Part shown: one piece after another, positions 38,373-51,368 of the stretch
Numbering within the stretch: the first letter of the stretch is position 1
Layout: each line of letters opens with the position of its first letter
Source of the DNA: Geosiphon pyriformis uo1
Lineage: Eukaryota > Fungi > Glomeromycota
Assembly: GCA_016748015.1 (NCBI GenBank)
Contig: JAAOMT010000109.1
Coordinates: 269,820 to 333,819, forward strand
Length of the DNA stretch: 64,000 bases
Direction of reading: 5' to 3'
Translations under genes and position numbers: made by a program
The notes under the pieces: generated by a model
Told to the model about the DNA's origin: nothing
Database searches by the model: none
What the model saw: only the letters and a program-made list of their open reading frames with translations

Positions 38373-40014
38373 TTTTATTAAAAATTAGATTTTACTTTAA
38401 AACATTCTTTCGTTTGTTTGGCAGATTTCAAATTTAAATAATTTATATTTTAAAAATTTTTCACTCTGCAAGTTTTAGAATGAAAAACTTTTGATTGGCA
38501 AATCTTTTCAAAACCAATAATTCATTAATGTTTTTTCAAGAGAAATAACAATTACATGTCAGGTTCAGAATACTTTTTATGAATTTCAAGTTTTATGTAG
38601 GGCTAAGATAAGACCTATAATGGAAAAAATATTTTGTATTCATACTCCCTATCTTCTTATTAGTTCGATTCTTTTGAAATAAAATATGGACGCGGAAAAA
38701 TCTTTAGATCTGAAGCAATGAGAAGGGGAGAATCGTTACAATTACATGCAGGATAACCCTTTGGTAATTTCAAAAGATTATCACGAGACACGAAATACTT
38801 AATAATCTTGTTTTATATTTTTTTTAACAATTTAAAACCCTCATTATTGTATTTTCGGATAATTTGTCAAACCTTTGACAATTACAAACTTTTTTATTTT
38901 ATGATCATGAGTCTATTTTAAAGAAAACAGATTCAATACATTTAAATTTTAATTGCCTTTTTATTTTTAACTTAAATCAGGGTTAGGGAAATGTTTAACA
39001 AATATCTCTTGACTTTTTTTTTTATTAATCGATTAGAAGTTTCCAGATTTTCATTATGTAATAGTAGTAGTAGAAATCAGATCGTAAATCGGGGGTTTTT
39101 CTTTTCAACGTGCAGTAATCTTATCTTGACAAACTAAAAATCATTGGAGACACAAGAAAATCGGTGACAAATTGCATGTAAACATTTAATTTTTTTAAGG
39201 ATTTTTTTTCTAAATGAAAAAAGTATACAGCATTATAAAAGTTTAGGAAATTTGATATTTGATATTTGATCAAGATAGATCAGGGTTATCCTTACTTTTT
39301 TTAGCTTTTAAATAAAACTTTCCCATATCATTTGAGATAATTCTTGTAAATAAGCCACACTTTTGACGTTTCATTGAATGATTTAAAAAAAAAAAATAAG
39401 CCTTGTGACTAAAAATTTGAAAATTGTGCACAAAAAATGCAAGTTGATGCAAACCTCTTGTGGATTATGATTGAGCAAAGTACCAATCCATTTTTAACAG
39501 TCTAAAATAATGTGGAAAATTTTACACATTTATGGGATTAATTCAAATTATTTGGTTCAACAAATTATGGAAAGCATTTCGCGCGTCAAACGGAAAAATA
39601 TTGATTCATATGTTAAGGACGATTTTATTTTGTGTTAAATCACTAATTTTTTGCACTCTTATTGGTGGTTATTTACCTTGAAATTTTGTTTTAATTTCCG
39701 AATCAATTTAACTCTTGACCTTAAAAAAAGTTATTTCTATTTTAATTTTTTTTTTGGTGTTAATTCTAATTTTTCAGAAATATTTCATACATAAATTAAA
39801 TTTTAATTGAGATGACATTTCATTTGATCAGAAAAGAAAAAGATCATTGATCAATGATGTAAAAAAAGTGCCCCGTTTTAATATTACAGAAATTTCCCAG
39901 AAATATTAAAAGAATTTTCAGCTGACATAATGAAAAAATATTTCCCCGAGATTTAGTCATACTGTAGATTTTAAAATGGTATCGGTTTTTTTATAACAAA
40001 AAAGGGTTCAAAGT

Positions 40015-40016
<2 letters not shown>

Positions 40017-40053
<37 letters not shown>

Positions 40054-40374
40054 TATCTAATTGTAATTTCCCCGGGAAATAAAGGAAAATAGTCGATCAA
40101 TTTTCGCTGATAAGTTTTTTTCTCCAAAAAAATGTGTAAACAAAAGATTTGGATACCGCACGGGTAATAACTTTATTTCTCAACAAGCGAATCAGCAAAC
40201 AAACATTATTCGACAATGAGACTCTGTAAGACGTGATGCAAATGTTATATGTAACAATTAATTTCAAAGAAATTACTTGAAATAGAAGACAAACCAGAAA
40301 AGCAGCCCGTTATATTGAGTTACTATTGAACGAGTGTTACATCATATTCATTTTATCTTTTCGGCCATTCGTAC

Positions 40375-40419
<45 letters not shown>

Positions 40420-40607
40420 GGAAAGTTAAAAAAAATTATTCTTATGTAAAAATTAGAGCCCCGCTAATGACCACTTACAATCAACCAGTTGACAAATGAG
40501 AATTCTAATAATTTTCCTATTGGGAATTTAATTTTCAGGGCATGAATATCCAAAAAGAAGTGTAAAAACAATTTTATCGTGAATATTACATCAGTATTGG
40601 TGCTTTA

Positions 40608-40654
<47 letters not shown>

Positions 40655-41418
40655 TGAACGTTAAAATAGAATGGATTTGGGAAAATATAAAAACCTTAAA
40701 AAGTTATCATTTTAATTCTTAATTGGGGAGAAAAACTTTATTTTGAATGTAAAATGACGTGTGTATGTATTATTAGGAAAACAGATCATTCGTTGAGATT
40801 TCCTTTTTTTATTCAATGACGAAAAATATCAAACATTTCATTTAATTTAATTTCACTTCAAAAGTGAGATTCAGATTTACAATGAATACCACACACCATG
40901 CAAAGTTGTAGAAACATTGAAAAGCAGCAGCAGCAGCAGCAGCAGAATTAGCAGTATTAGCAGTATTAGCAGCATCAACAGCAGAATTAATGTTTTAGGT
41001 GCAACGAATGCAACTTTAAGGAAACAAATAAACAGGGGAGGGAGTGCAGAATTATAGCGATTTTTCTCATATAATTTAGGGATTGGTTCAATTTAATTTT
41101 CTTGCACAGCATGAATCAGTCACAATTATCAAAAAAAAAAAGGTTTATTTTAGGCTATTTTTAATTTAAATTTCGGTCCGATTTCTAAAAATTTTGTTTC
41201 AAATAGAATATAGAATAGAATATAGAGGAATAACACTATACATATATTTTTTTTAAATAAATGAACATATAAAGGCTTGCTTTCCTTATTCTTTTGAAAA
41301 AGTATTAGCTCAAATGTCTTAGACCAAGAATAAAATTCTACTTTGAAAAGTCATATTAAACTTTGAAAATGGTTCTAGAAAAGTTTTTTCAAAGAACCTG
41401 TACATTCTTTAAAAGATG

Positions 41419-41459
<41 letters not shown>

Positions 41460-42608
41460 GAACATTTATCAAATGATTGAAATTTTCCCAAATCAAAGGA
41501 TGACTTAAAATTCGAACTTTTTAAGAAAAAACGAAAAGTCTATTTCTCGATCTTCCAAATCTCGAATTGGTCTAGACAGGAAAAAGATCAAAATTCGATC
41601 GCATCTTAGAAATCTTTTTTAGATCCCATTATACAAAAATTTTTTTTTTTTTCGTGAATCATCTATTTTTAAAAATCGAACATTTCATTAGCTTCTTAAA
41701 AATTAAGTTATTCTACAAATCGAAATCGTAATTTTAATTGTCTATTTTTTTTTATACAAGGTTTTTCAAGTTCTTCAATTATATTCGTTCTACCTCCGCA
41801 TTTCGTAAATTTTCATGTTTAGATTCTCTATATCACGTTAAATCACCGTATAATCCGCTATTTCGGTCCTATTGTACGAGCAATGTGGTGTTGCATACGT
41901 TTCAAAAAGCTTAACTTAATATTCGTGTATTTTCGAAAAGGAACTCGAAATTAGATTAGCTCACGTGAACATTCTAAATCGTTTGGGTGAAATGTGAGTT
42001 AGAAATTTGACTTTTTTATTGGTTGAAGAAGCGTCATTTTTTTTTGTTTAAAAAAAGCAAAATTCTGGGAAATCGAATCAGTTTTGAGTCTATGGGAATT
42101 ATTTTTAAAAAATTTTCGTTATTTTTTATTTGATTCTAACCTTTGACAAAAAAACACTTTTAGATGAATCGTTTTCTTAGATTTGCTTTAGTCATCTTTT
42201 CAAATTTCAAATTTTTTTTTGTCTCAATTCCACTTATTTCTCAAATATTCTTAAATTTTCTTCACAATTAAGTTAACTCACCAATTCAACACTTAAACGT
42301 TTACTTCGTTTATCGCATAAATTTCGTTTGATTCTAAATTTTCTTTTTTTAAAGAAAAAAAAAAAAAAAGGAATCACGTCAAAATTCTTACATAATTTTT
42401 CGTTTTTTGCTTTCCGATAATTCTTTCTTTATGCTCGGAAATATTTAATTTTTCCTATGTAAAAATTATGAACAACTTAAACTACTCATCACATTTTAAA
42501 TTCTTAACTTTATGGTGTAATATTATTAAGATCACGAGTTTACTATTTTGAATGGATATTATTATTATTATTATTATTATATTATTATTATTTTTATTAT
42601 TTTTATTA

Positions 42609-42650
<42 letters not shown>
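40017..42650. repeat. Microsatellite-dense region
   Basis: (ATC)n ~40017-40053, poly-T 40376-40418, (ATTG)n ~40608-40653, (GCA)n ~40923-40945, (ATC)n ~41418-41459, (ATT)n ~42557-42650. Confidence 0.85.
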
Positions 42651-42651
<1 letters not shown>

Positions 42652-45600
42652 CATTGTTATTAAAAAAAACTTTATTTTAAGTGCAAATGATAATAATATT
42701 AGAAGAATAAAAAACATTCAACTATCCAAATTATGCATGAAAAAAGATTATTAAATCAAGTCAAAATTTTTATGTATGGTAAGATAAATTGATAAGCATC
42801 ATGAGATGCACCATCATGCTTAAAATATTCGGTCGTAGAGTTAACTAGTTAAGTAAAAAATATAAATAAAAAAGTATGACATAAGTGCTCGTCATAAATA
42901 AGGAGAAGCCAATAAAATTTCTTGAGCTTTATTTATTTGGGCTGGGATTTTAAAGTAAATAAATTTAGGATTTATAAATAACAAAATATATATATATATA
43001 AATATACACTAAATTATGAAAAATACTCTTCCATTCTTCCTTAATTAGCTCATGTTAATGTGGAACGTTAATCGTTTTTTCTTTTCTAATATTTTCTCAA
43101 CTTTTTCTTCACTCTTTTTTTTTAATAACAGTCTAGAAAAAAATTTCTATTGGATTAAAAGGTTGTGACTATAAGAAGGCCAGTCAAAAGAACTTTTGAA
43201 ACTTAATGATAAAGAAGTTTGAACATTTTTATGACTCTATGTTTTGGATTATTGTTCTGCTCAAAGATCCAACCTTTTGGCATGAATTAAACATGTTTTC
43301 AAAGATATGGTTGGTCTATTCATGCTTTGTAATCATTTATGTGGAATGCTTATTCTAATTTTGTCTTGGCATTTCGAAACATCTGAAAATACAACAGATT
43401 TCCAATTTTGTTTTGCATAAGTAATTGTTCATTTTACACGACATTTACATTACTTTATTGAAAGTAAAATATACAGTATTCAAACTTTATTAAGTTCATA
43501 ATTAACTATTTGGTGCTGATAAATCTACCTTTGAACTAAATTTAGTAGCAACTTTTTCACAAATAAGTTACTGGTCATTTTGAATAATTCTTTTTGAGTT
43601 AAATAATAATATTTTTTTAATTATATAACATACTTTTATATTTTATAAAAAAAGGAACACCACTTAATTTTGTTGCGTCACAAATGCCCATTTATAGTTG
43701 TTCATTGAAAAAAATGGGGAAATTCAAATTGGTTTGTTTTTTTTATGAGCTTATTTTTTTCAGTTACACTAATAAACAAACTAGCTTTAGAATCTGCTTT
43801 TACTGGCAGGTTTTTTTTATATAATTTGTGTTGCATTCAATTCTTAAAATTTTATCGGCGAGCAATTTAAGATACTTGAAAAATAAAATGAAAAATTAAT
43901 ATGTATGAAGGTTTATATTAAAAAAAAAAACTCCACATATTGATTTAATTAAAATATTCATATTAATAAAATATTTAAATTTAGTTTTTAAATAATTCAA
44001 CTAAAGTTTTAAATGAAAAAAAAAAATGTTTTGAAAAATTCAAAATTACATATTTGGAGTTTTAAATTAAAAAGTCTATGATTTAATTTGTTATTTTTTG
44101 TGCGTATTATTATTATAATTTTTAATTTTAGTTGAATACTTTAAAATTTTGGTTATTAATTTATTCATAAAAATTATTTTTTAATATAAAATATTAAAAT
44201 TTCAATTATTATTATTATCATTAATTGTTGTTTAAAAATGTTGATTTTTATCGACATTTTTTTTATCTTTTAAAAAATTGAGAAAAAAAAACTCTATTCA
44301 AAGTTTAAATCAAAGTGCTGGACTTGGTCATTCAAGTTTTGTAAGCAATTTTTTTTTTAATTCACCTAAATTAAATTTAACAATAATACTTTATAAACCA
44401 CTCAAGTATTTAATTATTTTAAACTGAATAAATTTCATCAGTTTGCTGAAATATCTTTTCCTACCACTTAGAACCAAGATAAAATATAAATATTCATAAT
44501 GAAAAAAAAAATTTATCCAAGTTTTAATAGAGAAAGTATGGATTTCTATTAGTTGTTCTAATTTATTCAAGAAGCAATAATTGTACGTGCTCTAATAACA
44601 GGTTTGAAAGAGCATACAAATTTAAAAGATAATAAATCATTCCATTTAAAAATTAATATCATAATATATTTTATGAATATAAAGATAAATGGATATTTGA
44701 TTTTGTTTTAAACTTTAAAGTAGTTAAAAGTAAAAAATTATGATATTTCTGAAAAATTTATCTATCTTAAATTCAATTTAAGAAAATTTAAATCACAGAC
44801 TCAAAGTAATATCAATATTGCCCAAGAAATGAAAATTATGTTTTTATAAAATTGTTGTTGTTATTATTATTATTTTACTTTCCATTTTTAAGTAGATATC
44901 AGAACTTATCACTTTCTGAAATCATTCAGTTTACTTAATTTGCCATCTATTTTATATTGTTAATAATTGACATTAATATATTATTTTTTTGACGATTTTC
45001 ACAATCAAGATTAAATTCTTTTCTTTTTAAAGAGAAGCAAAAAAGTTATTTTAGAAACTTAAATTGTCAATTAGCCACTTATAGTTTTTTAATTTCTTAA
45101 TGCAAAACACTATTAATTTTTTACACTTTGAATAAAATAGTTTTAAGTCTCAGTTCATAAATTTAATAATGTTGACATTCTTTGAAACATTTTAGTCTTA
45201 ATTTCAATGTTACATGGTTTTTATAAAAATTTTTATATTGAATATTTTAGCATTTTTCAATATAGGCTATCTATTTTAGATAAAATTTTTTCTAAAATAT
45301 GGCTCTCAAATTATGATAAAAACTATACTGTTGCCTGAGCACTTTTTTGCTGAAATAGCAATTGAACTAGAGAAATGGGGATTGGATTATTAGAAGTAAG
45401 GCCTGAAAGTTAAGAGATCGAGGTTGAACTGGTTGAACTTAGATTTAAACATTTAGAGGGATGTTCAACTGTGTAATGACATTCAAATTTTTCAAAAATG
45501 GTCTATTAAGAGTATCTGTTTGTTTGAACATTGTCAAAATAAATCTCTGAAATTTGTGAAATTCTACCACTGTTCAAATTTCAACCCACACAATGTATTT

Positions 45601-48572
45601 CCTTTGCTCACATATGTTTTATTTGTTTATATCCGTCAAATTCAATTGGAAAACAAAACTTTTTACCTTCAAATTTAAAAAAAAAAGAGGCATCACTCAG
45701 TATCGTGCATATTAAAAAAATCGCATATTTAAGTGTTCATCATAATGATCAGTATTAACTATATTTTTCAATTTTGAAAAATATGCTAAAATGTAAAATC
45801 CTGTTAAAATGTTAACAGTAAAAACTCGTGCCAATAGTTAAAAACTGTCAATAATAGTTAAAACTATTATCAATAATAAAAATTTATAAAGTTATTATTT
45901 TAAAAAACTTTATAGAAAAAGTATATTAGAAATTTTACATTATATGTAAGTAAATTTTAATTTCATATACAAATACATATGGAATTATTATAAATAATTT
46001 CAAAATTCCTTATATTTCACAAATATAATATTAATATACATTATAGTTTTTTGTATATATTTCTATTTATTACATATGTAATCTATATTTTCAATATAAA
46101 AATATAGATAAATTAGTAAAACTAAAGATAAAAATATGGATTAAACTTTACTAGTCAAATATTATATTAAAATTTAATGTAAAAGTATAAGTAATATAGG
46201 TAAAACTAAAGCTAAAAATATAGATTAAAGTTTATTAAAAAAACTATATAATTTCATATTTTATTTCATCTAAGTTTTAATCAAATAAAAATTAATGTGA
46301 AAATCTTTTATAAAATACTTTTTACATTTTGATGGAGTTTTTTTTAGTATTTATATAGTTTTACGTTTTAGCAAGATTTCTCGATATTGTCAAAGTTTTC
46401 CTTCACGCAATATTGTAAAAATTCTTTTGCCAATGACGAAACCCTTTTTGGGTTGCCCAAAAGTTTTTCTGACAGCTCTAATGCTGAATATATAGATATA
46501 TAGCATTTGCCAAGGAATTTTGAAAAATAATATATTTTAAGGTGAGGTATCCATCCTGTTGAGTTTTGTGCAGAAACATGTATATCAAGAAAATGATTAA
46601 TTTATTTGAAGATACTACCCAAAAATTGTGATTTTCTCAATTTAAGGAAAAGTCCAATTTCAATTCAAGATTCTTAATCTTTTAAAGAACAAGGTCTGTT
46701 TTTACTGTGGACACTTATGGAAAGTTTTAACAATGGAGGAGTTGGGATACAAAAATATATGCAATTCTTAATCTTTAACCTCAAAAGCTGTGGAAGCTTA
46801 CACTTTATTTTTAATATCCCCAACTTTTTTTTTAAGTAACGGGACACGAAATTTCAAAACTGGAGAATCAAAAATTCAAAAAACACCAAAATTATTCTTG
46901 AAGTTTGAAAAACTTGGTCACATTTAAAATATTTTTTTAAATCTAAAAGCTTGTTAAAATTTCCCTCTTTTTCAAAGCCATAAAAGAATAATAACTCTAA
47001 TGATCCAATAGCATTTATTTCACAAAATCTATCTTGCGACTTGCTTCGACAATATCTGATAACGTAAATACAATATTGACTTGAGATGATTGAATTTTTT
47101 ATCGTTTTTTTTGCTCTAAAATAAATTAGCTCACTTGATTTGATGTTTCATGTGTCATTTAGATGATAAGAAATATCGAATAAAAGATATTTGAGAAATT
47201 TCTCCCATTTTTTTGTTTTGCTTCTTGGAAATATTCAAACTAAAAAAACTTGAAGTGAGTGAACATTTTAATAATTTCATTTTGTGTAGAAATTCAAATC
47301 AATCCGACCCTTAAATGCTTTGTTCAATTTAAAGCAAATATATATTTCTTTTTTTAGAAAATTACCAAACCTAGTGATGTAAATTAATTTCTACTAAATT
47401 TAAAAACTTTTCTCTTCACGATAACCCAGAAATTTTAAATAAGAGCTGATCATATAATATGAAAATTACCGCAGTAGATTTCGGGAAATCAACCAAAAAA
47501 GGTTTAAAAGGGCATGATACTATTATTATTACGCATGCATACAGGAGATAATGTCAAATCTTCGAAGATTCTTTTTTAAAATTTGACAATATTTCAGCAA
47601 GATAAGTTCGGAATTAATTTTTTAAAATCTGCTAAATTTTTCAATATTTGTAAAATTGTGAACAGAAGAGAAATTATTTTTATTTAAAGATTTATAATAT
47701 ACCAGTTTTCAAGCATCTCTTCTTTTTTGTTTTTTATTTTGTTGTCTCAAATTCTTTTATGGTATAATTCTTGTTATTATGTATCTCTACTAAAGTCCCT
47801 AAAACTTTACCAATAATGAAATACTTGGTTTGTTTTACAAGTCAAAAGTTTTCATTTATGCTACACAAAAATAATTTTATATTATATCAAAATAAAGTAT
47901 TTCTCTACACGTACTTTCTCAAGCCAATTTATTTTCTTTAGAATGTATGCTAATAGTGAATTTACTTTGGGTTTTGAAATGGGAACTACATATTGGCTAT
48001 CCTGGCCTACTATTCACGTGCACCCCAATTCGTGTTTCTTGCAAGAAAATTTTTGAGAGTTGGTCTTGAAACAGATCACAACAATTTGAATGGCTGCACT
48101 CCCGTTTTCTAGTAATCAAAGAGAAATAAAACGGTCAGTCGGGAATCATCACAATGCAACTACACAGAAATGGTAGGCATGAAATACCACAATATGCACA
48201 TCACACCTTTCCTATGCGGCATGATCAATAAGATCTAGCCCTAGCTCGAACATGCGCTAAACTGGAGAATAGCCGTTACCTTTTGCTCGCTTTCTCTTGT
48301 TCCATCTCTGTACGCCGTTCGTACGCCAGTCCGAAAATACAAGAAATTGGGTAGATTGTTTAACCAGTTCTAGGCAAAAAGATTTTAATCAAAGAATTTG
48401 TCGCGCATTTTGTTAGTTACACAATGTCATATTTTGCTTGAGGATCTCAAGCTTTTCCTCTTCTCTGATATTGAACTAGAACGATCCACTGGATCTTTTT
48501 CGCAGCACAAAAATTACTTCTATTCCATGCAACCTGCATTGCTGAATTCCTTTGGCAAACAAAAATTGAAAT

Positions 48573-49831
48573 ATGAAAAACACTTCAATTTTACGAGGAC
48601 GTAGTGTGTTCGAGTACACGGTAGCAAATATCTCGCAATTAAAGCGATCGGTGTTTAGTCCACCAATCGCAACTGCCGCAGACAGGTTCTGGGAATTGGA
48701 ATTTATGCCGGTAGGTCAATGATAGCTTACACCTGGTCTTTTCTTATAAAACTCTTGCACTATAAATTTTAATTTTTATACTGTCATGGAAGTTTTATGA
48801 ACACGACCACGACCACTGTGCATTATTTCTCTCGGCGATTCCTAATCCAGACGAAGCGAAATGTCTAGATTGGCCAATGCGAAGTATACTTTCAGCCACC
48901 ATTTTTGTAAAAAATCCTGATACAAATGAGGATATTGAAAGGCGTAAAATTGATCATGAATTTTCTCCAAAAGCACCGAGTTGGGGTAAATTATTGAAGC
49001 CCTCCTGAATCTAAAAGATAATTTTTCACAAAATATTCAAAAACATACTTTCTCTTAGGGTTTTTTCAATTCTTCAAAAGATCGGTGATTCCACAATGTG
49101 ACGAGGTCATATTTGGAGTAGAATTTGATCAAGCTGAACTGCCAAGAATCTCTTCTACACAACCGCTCCCAAACCGTCGTATTCCAGAAGATCTTTTGGA
49201 TGCCTGGACCGAACAAGTCGATAATCCTGAAACCTCAGACATCCGATTCAACATCAATGGTCATTTTATTTACGCAAACAGCGCAGTCATCTCACGAAGA
49301 TCAAAATATTTCGCATACATGTTAGAAGGTGAATGGTCACGACCAAGACCGGGAAGTCGCGCCTCGATACGAAGTGAGCACTCGGTTCGATTCAATGAAT
49401 CTTTAACAAATTCTCGTTCTCGATTCAAGTATACTGTGGATGTGTCTGAGTTTCATCATGAAACTTTCCTTGAAATGCTTCGATTTCTATATACTGATCA
49501 GATTTCGTTTGACGATGAAAAAGAGTGTCATAAGACCCCTTTTGATATTTTCGCGATTGCCGATAAATATTTTATCGGAGATTTAAGGCAACGCGCCAAG
49601 ATGGAAATCTGGGAAAATTTGCATATGGATAATGCAGCCGAAATCTTATTTGAAGAGGCGTGTAAGTGGGGTGATTTGAAGGAAGAGGTGCTGAAATATT
49701 TTGTCGAAAACTTTGCCAGAGTCAAAGAAACGGATGGTTTCAAAAATATTCTATTGAATCCAAGAGAGTACCCAATGTTTAGCGAAGTTTGGTTGGAAAT
49801 TATGCAATTGGTTCCGGCAGAGTTCAAGTAA
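48573..49831 (+). CDS. MATH-BTB protein, copy 2
   Basis: Exons 48573-48710, 48793-48985 and 49059-49831, in frame. VFSPPIATAADRFWELEFMP|..CALFLSAIPN..FSPKAPSWG|FFQF. BTB motifs SDIRFNINGHFIYANSAVISRRSKYF, FHHETFLEMLRFLYTD and ADKY. Confidence 0.9.
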
Positions 49832-50015
49832 GTTGTAAGACTCAAGTAAAATCGAATATCATTTTAATTTAAATTTAGACTAAATATTCAATTCTTTTTT
49901 TGGGCAATTTTAAAATTTTATTTTTTGATTGAAAAAATGATTATTAAAATGAGTATCTGTTTTTATAAAAGACCCAATTGTGATATTAATATGCATTTTC
50001 GCGGATAATAAATCT

Positions 50016-51368
50016 TTAAAATTTCTTGCCAAGACCTGAATTATCACAAATGTTATTTAAGTTGTGAATCTCACATGTCGAAGCGCCCTCTTCGCTTTCC
50101 TCGCCAATGAAATCCATAACCTCAGTCATCAAATCATCAAAATTCTCAAACCTTATAGGATTATCTTTAATGGTTTTCCACTCTTCTGTTTGTTTCACTT
50201 TTCTCCAATTCTCTTTTAAATATTCCATCAAGCATTCCTTCAAATCAGGCCACCTTGTTATCCCGCCAAATAAAACTTCAGAGACATTGTTAACCGATAA
50301 ATTGTCACAAAGTTCAATCTTTGCTCGATCTCGAAGCTCTGTCACGCAGTATTTATCGGCAATTGAAAATATATCAAATGAACTTGTTTGGGAATCGTCA
50401 GAATCGTCAAAGGTTATTTGATTTGTGTATAGAAAACGAAGGAGCGCCAAAAATGTTTCATGATGGAAGTCCGGGATATCGATGGAATATTTGTAGGCTC
50501 TTGCAGCAGGAGGTTTTTGGGTATCCTCTTTAGAAGAATCTTCGACCTCTTTTGTCAAATTTTTAGTTTCGGACCAATGGCCGCTAAATAAATGCTCGAA
50601 ATATTCGGATCGTTTAGATAGTATCTCGCTTTCGGCATATATTTTGTGCCCATTGACATTGAACTCCACATCAGCTGTTTTTGAGCTTCTTAATTGTTGG
50701 TGCCAAGCTTCAATCAGATCTTGTGGGAATTTATCGGCTGGGAGCTCATTGTCATGGGGATTATCAACTAATTCTGTTTCCTCAAGAGTAACCCCAAAGA
50801 TAATTTCTTCCCCAGATAACCATTCTCTCCTGCATATGCGTCTGGAGCCTGAAAAAATTGAAGATACCAGAAATCAAAACTGCTAGTATGATTGGTTAGA
50901 ATCTCAAGCTTTACAAATATTTTGATTCATTTCCTACCCTGGCCTTTCCAACGTGACCCAAACCTATCAGTATTCACGGTATAACTCCCATACTCCGAGT
51001 TATCCTCTGCATCTCGAATAAATATTTTAGCTGATGCACTGCTCCTTCTGGGCCATCTGGATGGAGACCTTTTCTCATCAGCATTCGGGATTGCGAACAG
51101 GAATAGTGCACAGAAATCTGGATAACTAGGAGATATCTGCAAAAATTGAACCATATTATTGATAATTAAGCATAAATTCTCAAGGTTTTGAGTTCTTTAT
51201 CCATGTTCGACTTAGAGATTCCCGTCTTACCGGGGTAAACTTCAACTGCCAAAAGGTATCGTATGACGTGGCAAATGGGGGACTGAAAACTGGCGCACTT
51301 ATTTGTGAGATATCCTCAATGTGGAATAAGAAACTACTTTTTACTTTAGCAGCTATCGTCGAAGACAT
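50016..51368 (-). CDS. MATH-BTB protein, copy 3
   Basis: Exons 51368-51231, 51136-50938 and 50848-50016, in frame. VFSPPFATSYDTFWQLKFTP|..CALFLFAIPN. BTB motifs ADVEFNVNGHKIYAESEILSKRSEYF, IPDFHHETFLALLRFLYT and ADKY. Confidence 0.9.

Noticed and set aside
33070-38388. ORFs spanning N runs and poly-A/T
   Set aside because: Artefacts of gaps and homopolymers.
37808-40653. Apparent large inverted repeat ((CAAT)n + poly-A ... poly-T + (ATTG)n)
   Set aside because: The unique sequences between the simple repeats are not reverse complements, so this is not a true inverted repeat or foldback element.
42548-42754. Poly-Tyr/Ile hydrophobic ORF
   Set aside because: Translation of an (ATT)n microsatellite.
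45340-45670. Possible decayed zinc-finger exon on the minus strand (LCGLKF...ECHYTVEH)
   Set aside because: Multiple stops and frameshifts and incomplete Cys/His spacing. Too weak to call.
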